The notes under the pieces are model-generated. The model was not told the DNA's origin. It saw only the letters and a program-made list of their open reading frames with translations, and ran no database searches. A stretch of 64,000 nt of DNA from Anthoceros angustus. Lineage: Eukaryota > Plantae > Anthocerotophyta. Positions 40,434 through 52,061 of this stretch are shown here, one piece after another. The stretch spans positions 682,001 through 746,000 of the forward strand of contig MU008174.1 in the NCBI GenBank assembly GCA_010909165.1. The letters are read 5' to 3'. How positions within the stretch are numbered: the stretch's first letter is position 1; the number at the start of each line of letters is the position of its first letter. The translations under genes and the position numbers were made by a program.

Positions 40434-42105
40434 GTGTGGAGATGGGGACGCAGCTGAGTGCCAACAAGGACGGTTTGAGATAGACCATGTGGGTAAGAGC
40501 GATGGTTCCTTAGGATTGGGCTTTGGCAACGTACCGGCCCCGCCCCTCTACAAATGGCGGGTCGGACCCACCTTTTAGGTGCCACGATGGCACATTAACG
40601 ATATGGAGCTTCTGTCTACCCGGTATCCTCTCTCTACGAACGTAAACGGTATCATTTCTCTCTACGAACCCTCAATTCTCTCTACGAACCCTCGCCTCCC
40701 TATGCTCGTGCTGTGCAGGTAAGTGGCTTTCTTTTCGTGGGGATGAATTGGCACTTACCTTTCTTTCGTGGGGATGAATTGGTGGTGTTTAGTCCTCGTT
40801 CTCGCATTTTCATTGACACTATTGATTGAAGATTATTTATATTATTTGAATTTATTTTTGTATTCGTCTAGACCATTTCACCGCAATCTATGTAGTTCCC
40901 ATATTTCAGTCCCATGAAGGAAATCCGTCCTTAGTGGACTTCAATAAAATTCTCCTTCTTCTTCTTCTATGGCCTCTCCCACGCTTCCATGCCTACCATT
41001 GTGCCAATGCTTCGTTTGACGTCATTTTGTTTTTCATCAAGGAGTGTACTTCTTCAATACAATGATATATTCTACATTTTATTTTTATTTTTATATATTA
41101 AAGTTTTTTCTTGATATTATATATTAAAGTATTTTTATCAAATAATATATTATTGACGTGTAACCATAAGTTGGTGTTATATCTTATGCAGAACAATGAT
41201 AGGATTAAGGAATATTGCAATAGTTGTAAAACTTCTTAAGAGATACCAGCATTCACACGAGTACGAAAGTCAAGGGTTAAGCTTAGTCGGAGTATGTCAC
41301 GTATGGCTAACAATGAAAAAGTATGAGACATATATAATACGCATTCCTCTAGGAAAGTTTATGTATCGCGACACCAAATGCGCGCTTGCAAGTGTAGTTG
41401 CTCTTGTAGGATTTGCAGCTTTGCCTACACCTCGTGATGCACATGAGGAGGATCTGGGTGAAGAGGAGGATGTCATGACTCAAGAAGTCATTGAATGCCA
41501 TGTCTAATTTAAGTATTTTAATTAATAATTTGTATAATAAATTACAAAACTAAAAGTAATAATTTACATAATGAATTACAAGACTGAAAGAAATCAATGC
41601 GAAGAGAGCTCAATTGAATAAATTAATTATAATTGATTGGAATGTAAAGGATTCAAAGAAATTGTGATTAATTGGAAAGCACTGAAGACCATAACCATAA
41701 TAAGTTTTGCATGGAGTTTGACTGTTTACTGTACTGTTAAGAAACAGTTAATAGAATGCTATATAAGCAGTTTTCACCTTAAAATAGGCATTCTTTTGAA
41801 AGTTCTCGCATGATTTCTGTGTTTACAGCCATTTCGCATGCACAATTTTCACAATTTGTAATTCATAAAGAAAAATCTTAAGCTTGAACTTATCAATTGA
41901 ATCATGTGTTCTTTGTTGTGATCTTTTATGATTTTTTATTTTTTATTAGACAGAATTCATTTGAAAACAACTCAGAATGTAGCACGATTACTTTAGAGTT
42001 TCTTGTTCTAGTTAGATTAGCTTAGAATTTCTTACTCTAGCTTGATCAGCTTGAAATCTCTTACTTTCAAAAGAATGCTTGTTTTGTTCCACTGAACATA
42101 ATTCC

Positions 42106-42669
42106 ATGAGTGACGATGATAAAAATGGAGAATTTTTCATTATTATGGGACCTATGTTCAGTGGCAAGACAAATCACTTTGTTAAGAAACATACAATTAG
42201 AATGAGAAGCAGGTAGATTAGCAATCTTAGTTAAGTATGATAAAGACAATAGATATGCAATTAATGCAGTCGTAGCACATACAGGAGAACAATCACATTG
42301 TCTAACTATAGGCGAATTGAAGAGTTTAAAGTCGATAATTGGTGAAGGTCAATTTAATAGATTAAACACCATTGGTATAGACGAGGTTCAATTCTTCTAT
42401 GATTTGATAGAGTTTGGTGAAGAATCAGCCAATAAAGGAAAGAAAATTATAGTGGCGGATTGGACGAGATAGCTATCAAGACCATTTGGAAAGTTATTAC
42501 AATTGATTTCATGAGCTGATAGACTAGAAAAATTGTTAGCCAAATGTAAATTAGTAGCAAGTTAGCACTATTCACACATAGAATTGGAAAATTATTACTT
42601 CAAATCGTAGTTGGAGGTGGAGATATTTACATGCCATTATTTCGAAAGCATACTTATTTAGAGAAATGA
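42106..42669 (+). pseudogene. TK1: Intronless thymidine kinase (TK1 family) pseudogene
   Basis: Manual translation across frames: MSDDDKNGEFFIIMGPMFSGKT, AILVKYDKDNRYAINAVVAHTG, IGIDEVQFFYDLIEF, KKIIVA, RPFGKLLQLI, EKLLAKC, IVVGGGDIYMPLFRKHTYLEK*; contains frameshifts and TGA stops. Confidence 0.92.
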
Positions 42670-42972
42670 GCAATGAATATCCAGGAAGCAATTGAATATA
42701 TCTGGGTATTCAATGGTGTAGATTAGTTTATTAGTTGATGAGTAACATTAATTGAGTGAGACATTTTTCACTATGAAAGCCTTTGATTTGCCATATTTTA
42801 AAACAGAATTAAATTTATTTTTACAATAAAAATCGTAATTAGTAATTGGGAATCAAAAGTTGGATTAGAAGTTTAATCAATTCGGAAATCCAATGAATGA
42901 TAGAGAGAAAGAGATTCGAGATGTCCAAAATGGGTTTCATTCTCTCAAAATATCATTACCATTTTCACCACG

Positions 42973-43972
42973 ATGGCGAGGAGTGAGGGAAGGTATAAGA
43001 GAGACACGCTGTTGATGGGAAGCAAATTGCAGCGAGTCCTCGAGCAACAAGCAGAGCAAATTGCGCAACAGCAGGAGAAGATAAACAAGGAAGAAAAGAG
43101 GGCTACAAACGAAAGGGGGAAGAAAGTGGAGGGACATAACCCACCTCCCAAGGAGCAAGTCCCACTTTGACACAAAAAGGAGAACTTAGGAATCAAATAG
43201 GCCATTCATGCACGCCTTCTAATGTCTGCTTGGTTGGAGGGCAAATTAGGGTTGAAGCACAGGTGGAAGAAAGGCAAGACCAGGGAATCAGATGCAGACA
43301 TATTAGTGTTGGGAAACAGTGGCGATGGAAGGGTACTGGTGAATGTGCACGTGACGGGGGACAGTTGCTCGAGGAAAGACGCAAAACATGTAACTGTCTC
43401 CTGCGTTGAAAGCGAGGAAATTTAAGTGAGAGCCAAGGAAGAAGGAGAAAAACTTAATTTGGCAACACTGTCTGGAGATGAAGACAAGGATTTGCTAGCA
43501 AACAAACTTGTCAGCTCTTACTCCAGCATGACGGAAGACATTGATAGAGACGTGTTGTCTTTACATGCTGACAATATTGTGGAAGAGGGTTCATCTTGTG
43601 CCCACAGAAACATACAGGAGGTGCACAAGAATACAAACAGTTTGGCAACAGGTGAAGACATATGCAACAATGCCCAGGCAGCTGGTGAAGACGCATATAC
43701 ATGCACTCAAGCAGTTGATGAAGACACATGTGTGTACACAGTAAGCAAAAATATAGACTTTTGGGCAATCTGTGAGGACGTAAATGCTCATGTGGCTAGC
43801 AAAGGTGCAGACGGTTGATGGAGATGCAGTTGACCAGCATATCTTGAAGACAAGTGCTTGTAAAACCCCATTCTACACACCATGCGATGCTCAGACAGTC
43901 AATAAAGACACTTTGAGGGTTGGTGTTTTCACAAACATGATCATAAACTCACAATCCAGTGCTGTATATTGA
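42973..43972 (+). mobile_element. Degraded ORF with degenerate ~33-bp repeats, probably retroelement-derived
   Basis: Broken ORFs 42973-43170 and 43426-43818 with (G/D)ED-x8 periodicity; no diagnostic domain recognised. Confidence 0.3.
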
Positions 43973-44819
43973 AAGCAATGTTGGAGAATGACTACAAGTT
44001 TGGAGGCTTCTCAGATTAGGGTACTGGATCTCAAGTGTGCAAAGTTGGGTTGACACAAGGGTTGAAGACACTACAATGCTCTGCAAGCGTTTTTATAGCA
44101 ACAGATTTTGTAAACACACATTGAGTAGGCATTAAGCAGGGCCTCATGTAGACAAGCTGCGCAGGTCGTGGAGTGTGTGCCTACAAGCACTTCCAAAGAT
44201 GATAGAATGATGTGCAAACCTATATGGAGAAGGAATATTGGGGAGGCAGCAAAATGTTTGACAGATCTAGATCTAGTAATGATTATTTCGTCACACCTTA
44301 GAGCAAGCTGATGCTACCTTCACCAAGTGAAAGTGGGCAGCAACGAGGCCTGGCCTCTTTCTCATAAATCTTTGTAGTGAGCCTGCATAGTGGCACAAAA
44401 ATGCTACAGCTCAGGAGCTGTAGCATTTTTCCTACAGATTCGTTTCAAAGCCAAACTCTTGAAATTGGAGTGTATCTCAAGCTGGACATGATGTTTTGGG
44501 TCTAGGTATGAGCTAGCACTGATTAATGACGGACTCAGAAGACGCATAAGCAAGCCTGGTAGATCAGCTGTAGGTCAGTGAAGGATGTGGCGTGGTGCTT
44601 GATCCTTGATGGAGTGGGTTCAACTGAAGGTTTTAGATCATGGATGGTGGGACGGCAACCTCAAGCATCTTTGAACCAGTAGGATCCCTTGTGCCTCCTA
44701 TCGACAATGGCAGTGGTCGTTTTCCTTGGTCTAATGAAAGACCACTTGACAATGTGGAGTTCTGATACAATCACAGGCGATATGGACATTTTGTGAGCCG
44801 GAGGTGCTTGGGTGTTAGC

Positions 44820-45346
44820 CTCTCAAACGTAGTTTTAGCAGGAAAGTTATGAGCACGGGGATCATTGGACGAATACTATATACTATCAAAGCTTGAGAGT
44901 GCACATGTTGAGGGAATATGATGCTACGAAGGCAAAGGTGAACAAGCCAGATAAGTATCTACAATAGTGCTTATCAATTGATGCAAGACACAAGAATGCA
45001 CAATGAATCTGAGATATGTCATAAATATATTGTTCATTTGGATGACAACATAAGAGATGATGTATGCCAAGAGTTGATACTAAAATATGGGAGAAATTAC
45101 ACGTTAGCTACAGTTTTCTCAATTGCTGAAAAACATGAACAAGCTAAAACAATGATGAGAGCATTGGATAAGAAAGCTACAATAGATAGAGGATATAACA
45201 CAATTCATATGGGAGGAAGAACAACATTCAATACCAATCGCGGGAGACCCGGGGGGGAGGAGGAGGGGAGGGGGAGCAATTCCAAAGATATACTCAAAAT
45301 TCTCATTGGAGAAATGATTGATATACATATGAGAGTGATGCATTAA
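44820..45346 (+). mobile_element. Gag-like retrotransposon remnant
   Basis: ORF 44978-45346 (ICHKYIVHLDDNIRDDV...TLATVFSIAEKHEQ) resembles LTR-retrotransposon gag C-terminal segments; resemblance only. Confidence 0.35.
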
Positions 45347-45660
45347 ATGATGAACATATGAATGAGAACATAACATCATTGTGTTTAACACATTGATCAA
45401 ATAGAAACAACAATTGTGATAGAAGTTTGTGGAACGCAAAATTTTGGGCCACTGGATCAAGTGAGTTTGTTTTGGAACAGGTCCAACTTCTTTGGGTTAG
45501 AAATGGTGTGGAGGAAACATGCCAGAACTTTTTTGGTTCTTTTTGAAGCTGGAGTTGTAGGATACTATTAGGAAGGTGGGGAGGATACTTAGGGAAGAAG
45601 AAACGGGTCAAAATGACCTTGTGGTGAGGAGAGTAGGTGACAAATGTGAGCGGTAGGGGT

Positions 45661-45805
45661 CACCTACTATCGTAGGTAAGTTATCTACTATGGTAGGTAA
45701 GACACCTACCATAGTAGGTGAACACCTACCGTCATAGGCGAGTCCCCTACCACAATAGGTAAGAGACCTACCGTCGTAGGTCACTAACCTACTACCATAG
45801 GTGAC
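45661..45805. repeat. Seven ~21-bp units with palindromic core ACCTAC-N4-GTAGGT
   Basis: Units start at 45661, 45682, 45703, 45723, 45744, 45765, 45786. Confidence 0.9.
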
Positions 45806-46722
45806 AACTTATCGGGGTAGGAAGTACAAGGTTAAGGCAGGATAGAAGAAGAAGAAGAATTTTATTTAAGTCCACTAAGGACAGATTTCCGTCATGGGAC
45901 TTGGTACTTAACAACTTGTAAATGGTGTGCCTAAGCTACTTGTACCAAGGGCATCCACTCCCTTTAGGCACCCCATCTAAGTACCGATCTAAGCTCAGGA
46001 TGCTTGATCACGACGTTCTTATAAATGTGTGTCCATTTGGCCTAACCTATATATGTCTCTTTTAGTGGATTAGATAAACAAGCCGAAATAGGAAATTAGG
46101 TTATTAGAGACCAATTTTGGGCAAATAGAAATTAGGAAAACAAGGAAAATAGAATTTTAGCATAAGGGGGATTGGGAAACTCCAATCAACGGTGGAAAGG
46201 GTGCCACGTGGTGCACATCCAAGGGCAAAGTAGATTCGTAGTTACCATTATTAACCCCCAGGTTATGACTTGAAGGTGGGAAAGCGCTAACACTGCAGGA
46301 AGGCGCTGCCACACCAAGAGCTACAAAAGAGCCCCACACAGCATTGCAACGTGCATGTGCCTGTGCAGAGCCAAACAAGAGGGGCGCGAGCTAGGCAATA
46401 GAGGAGAAATAAGCAAGAAGCAAAGTAGAGGTGAAAGAAGGAGAAAGAGAAAGAGAAGGAGCCCAATTGTCAGGAAGTAGGTAACGCTTGACCAAGCTTG
46501 GAGGAGTGTTGGGAAGAGCGGGTCGTGGCAAGATTGAGGAGGGATTGCGGAGAAAGGACCCTCAATTTGTGGGGAGGTGTGAGAGCTCATGAAACGCTCT
46601 TGGAGAAATCCTCCTTTCGAAGTCACAGTGAGTGGAGATTTGCGCTAGGAAGGCAAGGGTGCAAGAGCCAGGGAAGATTGTGAGCAAGGGTGAGGTCTAG
46701 GACGTGGCGTGTGTGTGGAAAT

Positions 46723-47825
46723 TGTGAGGGAAGAAGGACACCTATCGTGGTAGGGATTTGGCACCCAACATAAGAGTTGCAGGAGAGGTGATTCTCTTCC
46801 TTAATTTTGTGCAGGAGCTCAGCAAGGAGGCATTACAAAGCCCACCACAACCAAGGGGAAAGAGGCAGCCACCAAAGCCAGAACGCCCACAAAGGAGAAT
46901 GGGGCAAGCAAGGACAAGGTGCCTAAGAAAAGAGGACCAAATCCTGAAGGATGGACGTTGGAAATGCCGCAGTTCACATGTTTTGCAAGGCAACTGTCCT
47001 CTAAGGATCTCGCAAATTTGAGGCCTTGGACAGCGGAGTAGAATATCCAACTGGAATGGGTGTATGGGAGACATTGGGCGTATTCCAATCTGGAATTAAT
47101 CAAGGAATGCTATGTGAATTTACACTAGACAAAGGAGGAGTTGGCTGCTGTGCCCGAGAGGAATACTAGGACGGATCCGAGGTGCTGGACGATGAGGAGC
47201 ATAAGGCAAGTGTATGGATGCCTGGATAGCGAAGATGACGGAATCACCCTCATGGAAGGAACCAACGGTGGAAAACGGTCTTCCTCCATGAACTGAGGGT
47301 GATTCCGTTATCTTCGCTATCCGGGCGTCCATACACTTGCCTTATGCTCCTCACCGGCCAGCACCTCGGATCCGTCCTAGGATTTCTTTCGAGCACAGCA
47401 GCCAACTCCTCCTCTGTCTGGTATAAATTCACATAGCATTCCTTGATTAATTGCAGATTGGAGTACGCCCAATGTCTCCCATACACCCATTCCAGTTGGA
47501 TATTCTACTCCGCTCTCCAAGGCCTAAAATCTGCGAGATCCTTAGAGGACAATTGCCTTACAAAACATGTGAACTGTGGCATTTCCAGCTTCCATCCTTC
47601 TGGATCTGGTCCTCCTTTCTAAGGCGTCTTGCCCTTGCCTGCCCCACTTTCCTTTGTAGGCGTTTTGGCTTTGGTGGCTGTCTCCTTCCCCTTGGTTGTG
47701 GTGGGCTTTATAATGCCTCCTTGTTGAGCGCTCGTGCACGAAATTGAGGAAGAGAATCACCTCTCCTACAACTCTTATGTTGTTTGCCAAATCCCTACCA
47801 CAGTATATGTCCTTCTTCCCTCACA
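46723..47825. repeat. Foldback inverted repeat with ~530-bp arms and a ~42-nt spacer
   Basis: 46723-47251 is the reverse complement of 47294-47825; mirrored ORFs MAPNIRVAGEVILFLNFV (+) and MANNIRVVGEVILFLNFV (-). Confidence 0.93.
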
Positions 47826-47869
47826 GATGCTGCACATGTAATCTCTCTAAGAAGAGATGACATCAGACC

Positions 47870-48307
47870 ATCTAAGTGGACAATTAAATTGGCTAATGGT
47901 GAATTGGAAATAGTGATAAGAGAAACTATATAAAAAATTAAAATAGTATAAAACATAAAAAACTAAATAAAAACACAAAAAACTAAATAAATTATAAATT
48001 ATATGTGCACTTTTAATTGGGCACTAATGAGGAGACAATCATTAAAGTTGACTGTTTGGTAGTAAGATCAGGTAATTTTGACATGATTATGGGGATAGAA
48101 GTTATGTTTATTATAGTAGGTGGAATAGATGTGACAAGTGAAACATTTTATCATAGACCAAAATGGAATGAAGAGTATAAAATTGTAGCTTCTATACCTC
48201 TCAATTTGTTTAAGATACAAAGAGAACCTAACGTAAGTATGGTTAATATTGAAGAATTTAATGAAGTTGATGTTAATAGAGAAGCAAATTTATCTATTGT
48301 AGATTAA
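47870..48307 (+). mobile_element. Degenerate retropepsin-like aspartic protease remnant (LTR retrotransposon)
   Basis: WTIKLANGELEIV followed by IKVDCLVV..GNFDMIMG.E....GGID, typical of retroelement protease C-terminal halves; interrupted by AT-rich sequence. Confidence 0.5.
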
Positions 48308-49029
48308 ATGTATAAAATTTATGACATGAATAAATGTTTAAATGATGAGGTTGATAGTAGTAAGTTAGAGATAAAAATAAAAGAATCATAGACTAAGATA
48401 TTTAATGAACTGAAGTTGGTGATTATGATTTTTTACAAAGAAAGACGTGTCGCACGAGGTAAGCACTTGCATTCATATGAGCACTTCCTCAATAGACAAC
48501 CAAGCAAAACAAATCTAATACTCAAGTATAGGTGCAAACCAATAATAATAAGAGGGAGTAGCTCGCATGTCGTGGCACAAACATTCTCTCCCTATGAGAA
48601 CAACACACAAATTCCTCACACATCACTCTCGGAGTCATAGCTTTGGCTATTTTCGAGCATAGTACAAAAGAAGAGCACAAGGAACGAGAACTTACAACCA
48701 GAGAGGAATTTGAGGTTCTCAACCTTAGAGAATTTGAAAGAGTAGAAAACAGATGTCAATATCCAATTCAAGTGTCCCTATTCTGCGAAGATTTCCCAGA
48801 TGGACCTATACCTGATTTCTTTTTTCATATTTTTTATTAAGATATATATTTGAATGATCAGATGTATATGTCCTACATTATCATTCTCATCTTCAAGGTC
48901 CTCCTTATCGTGCTTTAGCAAATCTTGCTGTAAGATATCTTATCTTATTATATTTGGGTTCATCAATCCCTAATTATGGTACCATATTATTTATAATTTA
49001 TACTGCACTCATATTTTATCCCATCTTTA

Positions 49030-49454
49030 TGGTCCTGTGCCACCTTCGTGGTCTTTAATTGTGGTCTTTAATTGTGCCACCTCTGTGGACTTCTGCCTCT
49101 TTTCGTGGACTTCTTATGTTGCCAACGTTGTGGTCTTTTCTCATGCCATGGTCTTTATCATGCCACCTCTGTGGGCTTGTTCCTTTCGTAGACTTTTTAT
49201 TTTGTCACCTCCTTGGTCTTTTCTTTGCCACCTCCTTGGTCTTTTCTTTGCCACCTCCTTGGTCTTTTCTTTGCCACCTCTGTGGTCTTTCGTTTTGCCA
49301 TCTTAGAGGTCTTTTTTTATTGTGGTCTTTAGACCTATCATGCTCTTACTTGCCATCTTAGTGGTCTATTCTTTTTGTGGTCTTTAGACCTTTCATGTTC
49401 TTACTTGCCATCTTTGTGGTCTTTTCTTATTGTGGTCTTTAGACCTTTCATGTT
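49030..49454. repeat. Degenerate (tgccacct..tggtctttt) tandem repeats grading into ~55-bp units
   Basis: ccacctccttggtcttttctttg tandem around 49205-49280; tgtggtctttagacct at 49321, 49376, 49431. Confidence 0.75.
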
Positions 49455-49740
49455 CTTAGTAATACAATATCAACAAGAATGCTCTGATTCTCTCCTTTGT
49501 ATTCTTATAACTCTTAGTAATATAATATCAACAAGAATGCTCTGATTTCCTCCTTTGTATTCTTATTACTCTTAGTAATACAATATCAACAAAAATGCTC
49601 TGATTCTCTTCTTTGCATTCTTATTACTCTTAGTAATACAATATCAACAAGAATGCTCTAATTCTCTCCTTTGCATTATTATTATTCTTAGTAATACGAT
49701 ATCAACAAGAATGGTCCGATTCCCGCCTTTGTATTCTTAT
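49455..49740. repeat. 58-bp minisatellite, 5 copies
   Basis: cttagtaata at 49455, 49513, 49571, 49629, 49687. Confidence 0.92.
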
Positions 49741-50881
49741 CATGACCCTGCTAGAAATGCTTGCTTATGTTACACTTTATGTTAAGATTTGGACCCTGGA
49801 TGTAACACTCATGTTGCAATTTTGGGGCTATGTAACACGTTTTGGGCCCCTTGTTACACTTTGGCTTGGAAACCAGACCAGCCCTTTTGTTGCAATCATG
49901 TTGCAAGGGTGATGCAATCATGTTGACATGAAGTGAGAGGTGCTTTTTTCCTCTCTCAAGATTGCAACAAGATTGCAACATATAAAGTGTTACGAGAAAA
50001 GTCTTGTAATACTTTTCTAGGCTTGGTACCGAACCTCCTCCCCATCTACCATTCTCTTTTTACTTTTGCCCTATGGAATACCAAGTTTTACATAGTCATT
50101 ACTACTAATACGCCCATCAATACCATCACACATAAATGCCTGTATCAATATGTTCTTTGTACTATATATGTGTATCATTTACGGTGACACATACGGTATC
50201 ATATTTTCAATGATATATGTTCATATTATATTTCGTGTGTAATAAATATGTATGTCATATGAGTTACGTACGTATGCTGGTCTTTACATGTTCATTATAT
50301 GGTACTTTGTATTTACCATTTGTGCAAATCTTGACGCATCTTTATGCCCCAAATTTCTAGCACAACAACCTATTTTTTTCTGTCTTGTGCCTCCTAAAAA
50401 GGTACATCTTGAATTTCATCGACTGCCTCCTCTTCTGCCTCCATGTTCTCCTCTGCGTCACCACCATTACGTGTCCTCCCCATGGCCATGAACTGTCGAC
50501 TTCCCCTGGCTCTTTTTTAACGCACCTGAATGTTCCCCCCAGTCCTCCCTCCTTCTCTCTCCCCCTAGACAACAGCCTCATGTCCATTACCCGCCTTTTT
50601 TCCACTCGCCTCTTCCACTTCCTTGCATTGTTTTCACTGTCCACACTCAATACATGTTTGTTATTTGCTGGTGACAGTACACTTGCCCTTCTCTGTGCTA
50701 CTGCACTCGGATCTGGCCCTCCAAACACGATCCTTCCTCCTTGTCTCTCTCTCTCCCAACATGAACCTAACAGGTGTCATGAGAAGAACATTAGCAAGTT
50801 AGTTAGTTATTTAACTAGTAATTATTTATATTCATATAAACAACTCTATTGAGAACATCGTTATACGTAGTTGGACCGTAG

Positions 50882-50965
50882 GTGTACAAGTTTGCAACGT
50901 TTCCACCATACGTATACAAGTTTGCAGCGTTTCCACCATATGTATACAAGTTTGAAACGTTTCCA
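50882..50965. repeat. 30-bp tandem repeat, ~3 copies
   Basis: gt(a/g)tacaagtttg..acgtttccaccata repeated at 30-bp spacing. Confidence 0.85.
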
Positions 50966-51617
50966 GAATGCGGATGGCACCATGTTTTGGCTAGCAGAAA
51001 TGGCAACGAGGCGCAGCGGGAACGGAGTGCAAGGGAGCCACACACGAGGTGAACGCTAGGCTTCAGCGCACTACAAGAGCAAGAGCGCGATGTGAAGAAA
51101 GCAGCTATTGCTGGTTTGAGGTTGTGAATGAAATAACATTAATGTAATTGTGTGTATTGTGGTGTGATTGCAACCTGAATGATTGCTAATACCTCTTTTC
51201 ATTCTAGCTCTTGATGATTGTGTGGATTGCCGTAATGTAGGATAAGTCATAAAACCATTTATTTGTACAATATATTCATAATCGGGTATGATTGTGAGAA
51301 TGATAGCAATTCTATTTGTTTTTTAATTGAATTATTCTTAATTAATTAAGCTATAATGTGCAGGCCTTAAACCAGCTAGTAAAGCAACTATGTGCTCACG
51401 ATACCTCGTGACGCTTGCACGACATAGAGCAGCTTCCACAAATAGCTTGTAGTTTTACCTCTATTTTTTAATTTTTGATATTTTATTTAAAATAATATTA
51501 TTCTCATTCATTTAAATTAATAGAAAATTAACAATACTTACCAACTAAGTAAACCATTGGTGCCGATGGAATTTCTAATGGGATTAGAAAGGGCTAAGAA
51601 TAGATCGACAAAACTCC

Positions 51618-51765
51618 CGGTATTCTTAAACCCTAAATCCTAAATGGCTCGGTGGGTAAGTGGTATTCCTAAACCCTAAACCCTTCGTGGTTCGGTAGGT
51701 ACGTGGTATTCCTAAACCCTAAACCCCACGTGGGTTGGTGGCTACGTCGTATTCCTCAACCCCGA
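51618..51765. repeat. 43-bp tandem repeat (x4) carrying plant telomere motifs (CCCTAAA)
   Basis: tattc(c/t)taaaccctaaa at 51621, 51664, 51707 and a degenerate copy at 51750. Confidence 0.85.
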
Positions 51766-52061
51766 TCCGCAAAAAAAGGCAGCAAGAAGACATGGCCTCG
51801 ACCGCGAAACTTCAGTGTGACAAGAAATGAGCAAGGTGCTAGCGTGAAGATCTGATGTGCATCTGGTACCCCCTAGAGTTAAGTCTGCCGGCTCCTTTCA
51901 TATGCACACCTCCAAGTAGCCTTATGCGCTGTTGCAAGGAGGGGTTTAACAAAATTGTCTTACATTATTGTACATGTAACTCACAATGAACCTCAAGCGG
52001 AAATAAAATAGGCAGATGTTGCAGAAAAGCACGCCTCCGGCCTTCCCCGTTCGATCTGAAT

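Noticed and set aside
42106-42669. Firm call of giant-virus origin for the TK relic
   Set aside because: No other viral hallmark genes nearby and several motifs look plant-TK1-like; kept only as an alternative to test.
44755-44775. Possible tRNA-Met primer-binding site (ttctgatacaa, minus strand)
   Set aside because: Mismatched, and no paired LTRs or TG..CA termini could be identified.
45661-45805. CRISPR-like palindromic repeat array
   Set aside because: Eukaryotic context, no unique 25-45-nt spacers, no cas genes; units are contiguous 21-mers.
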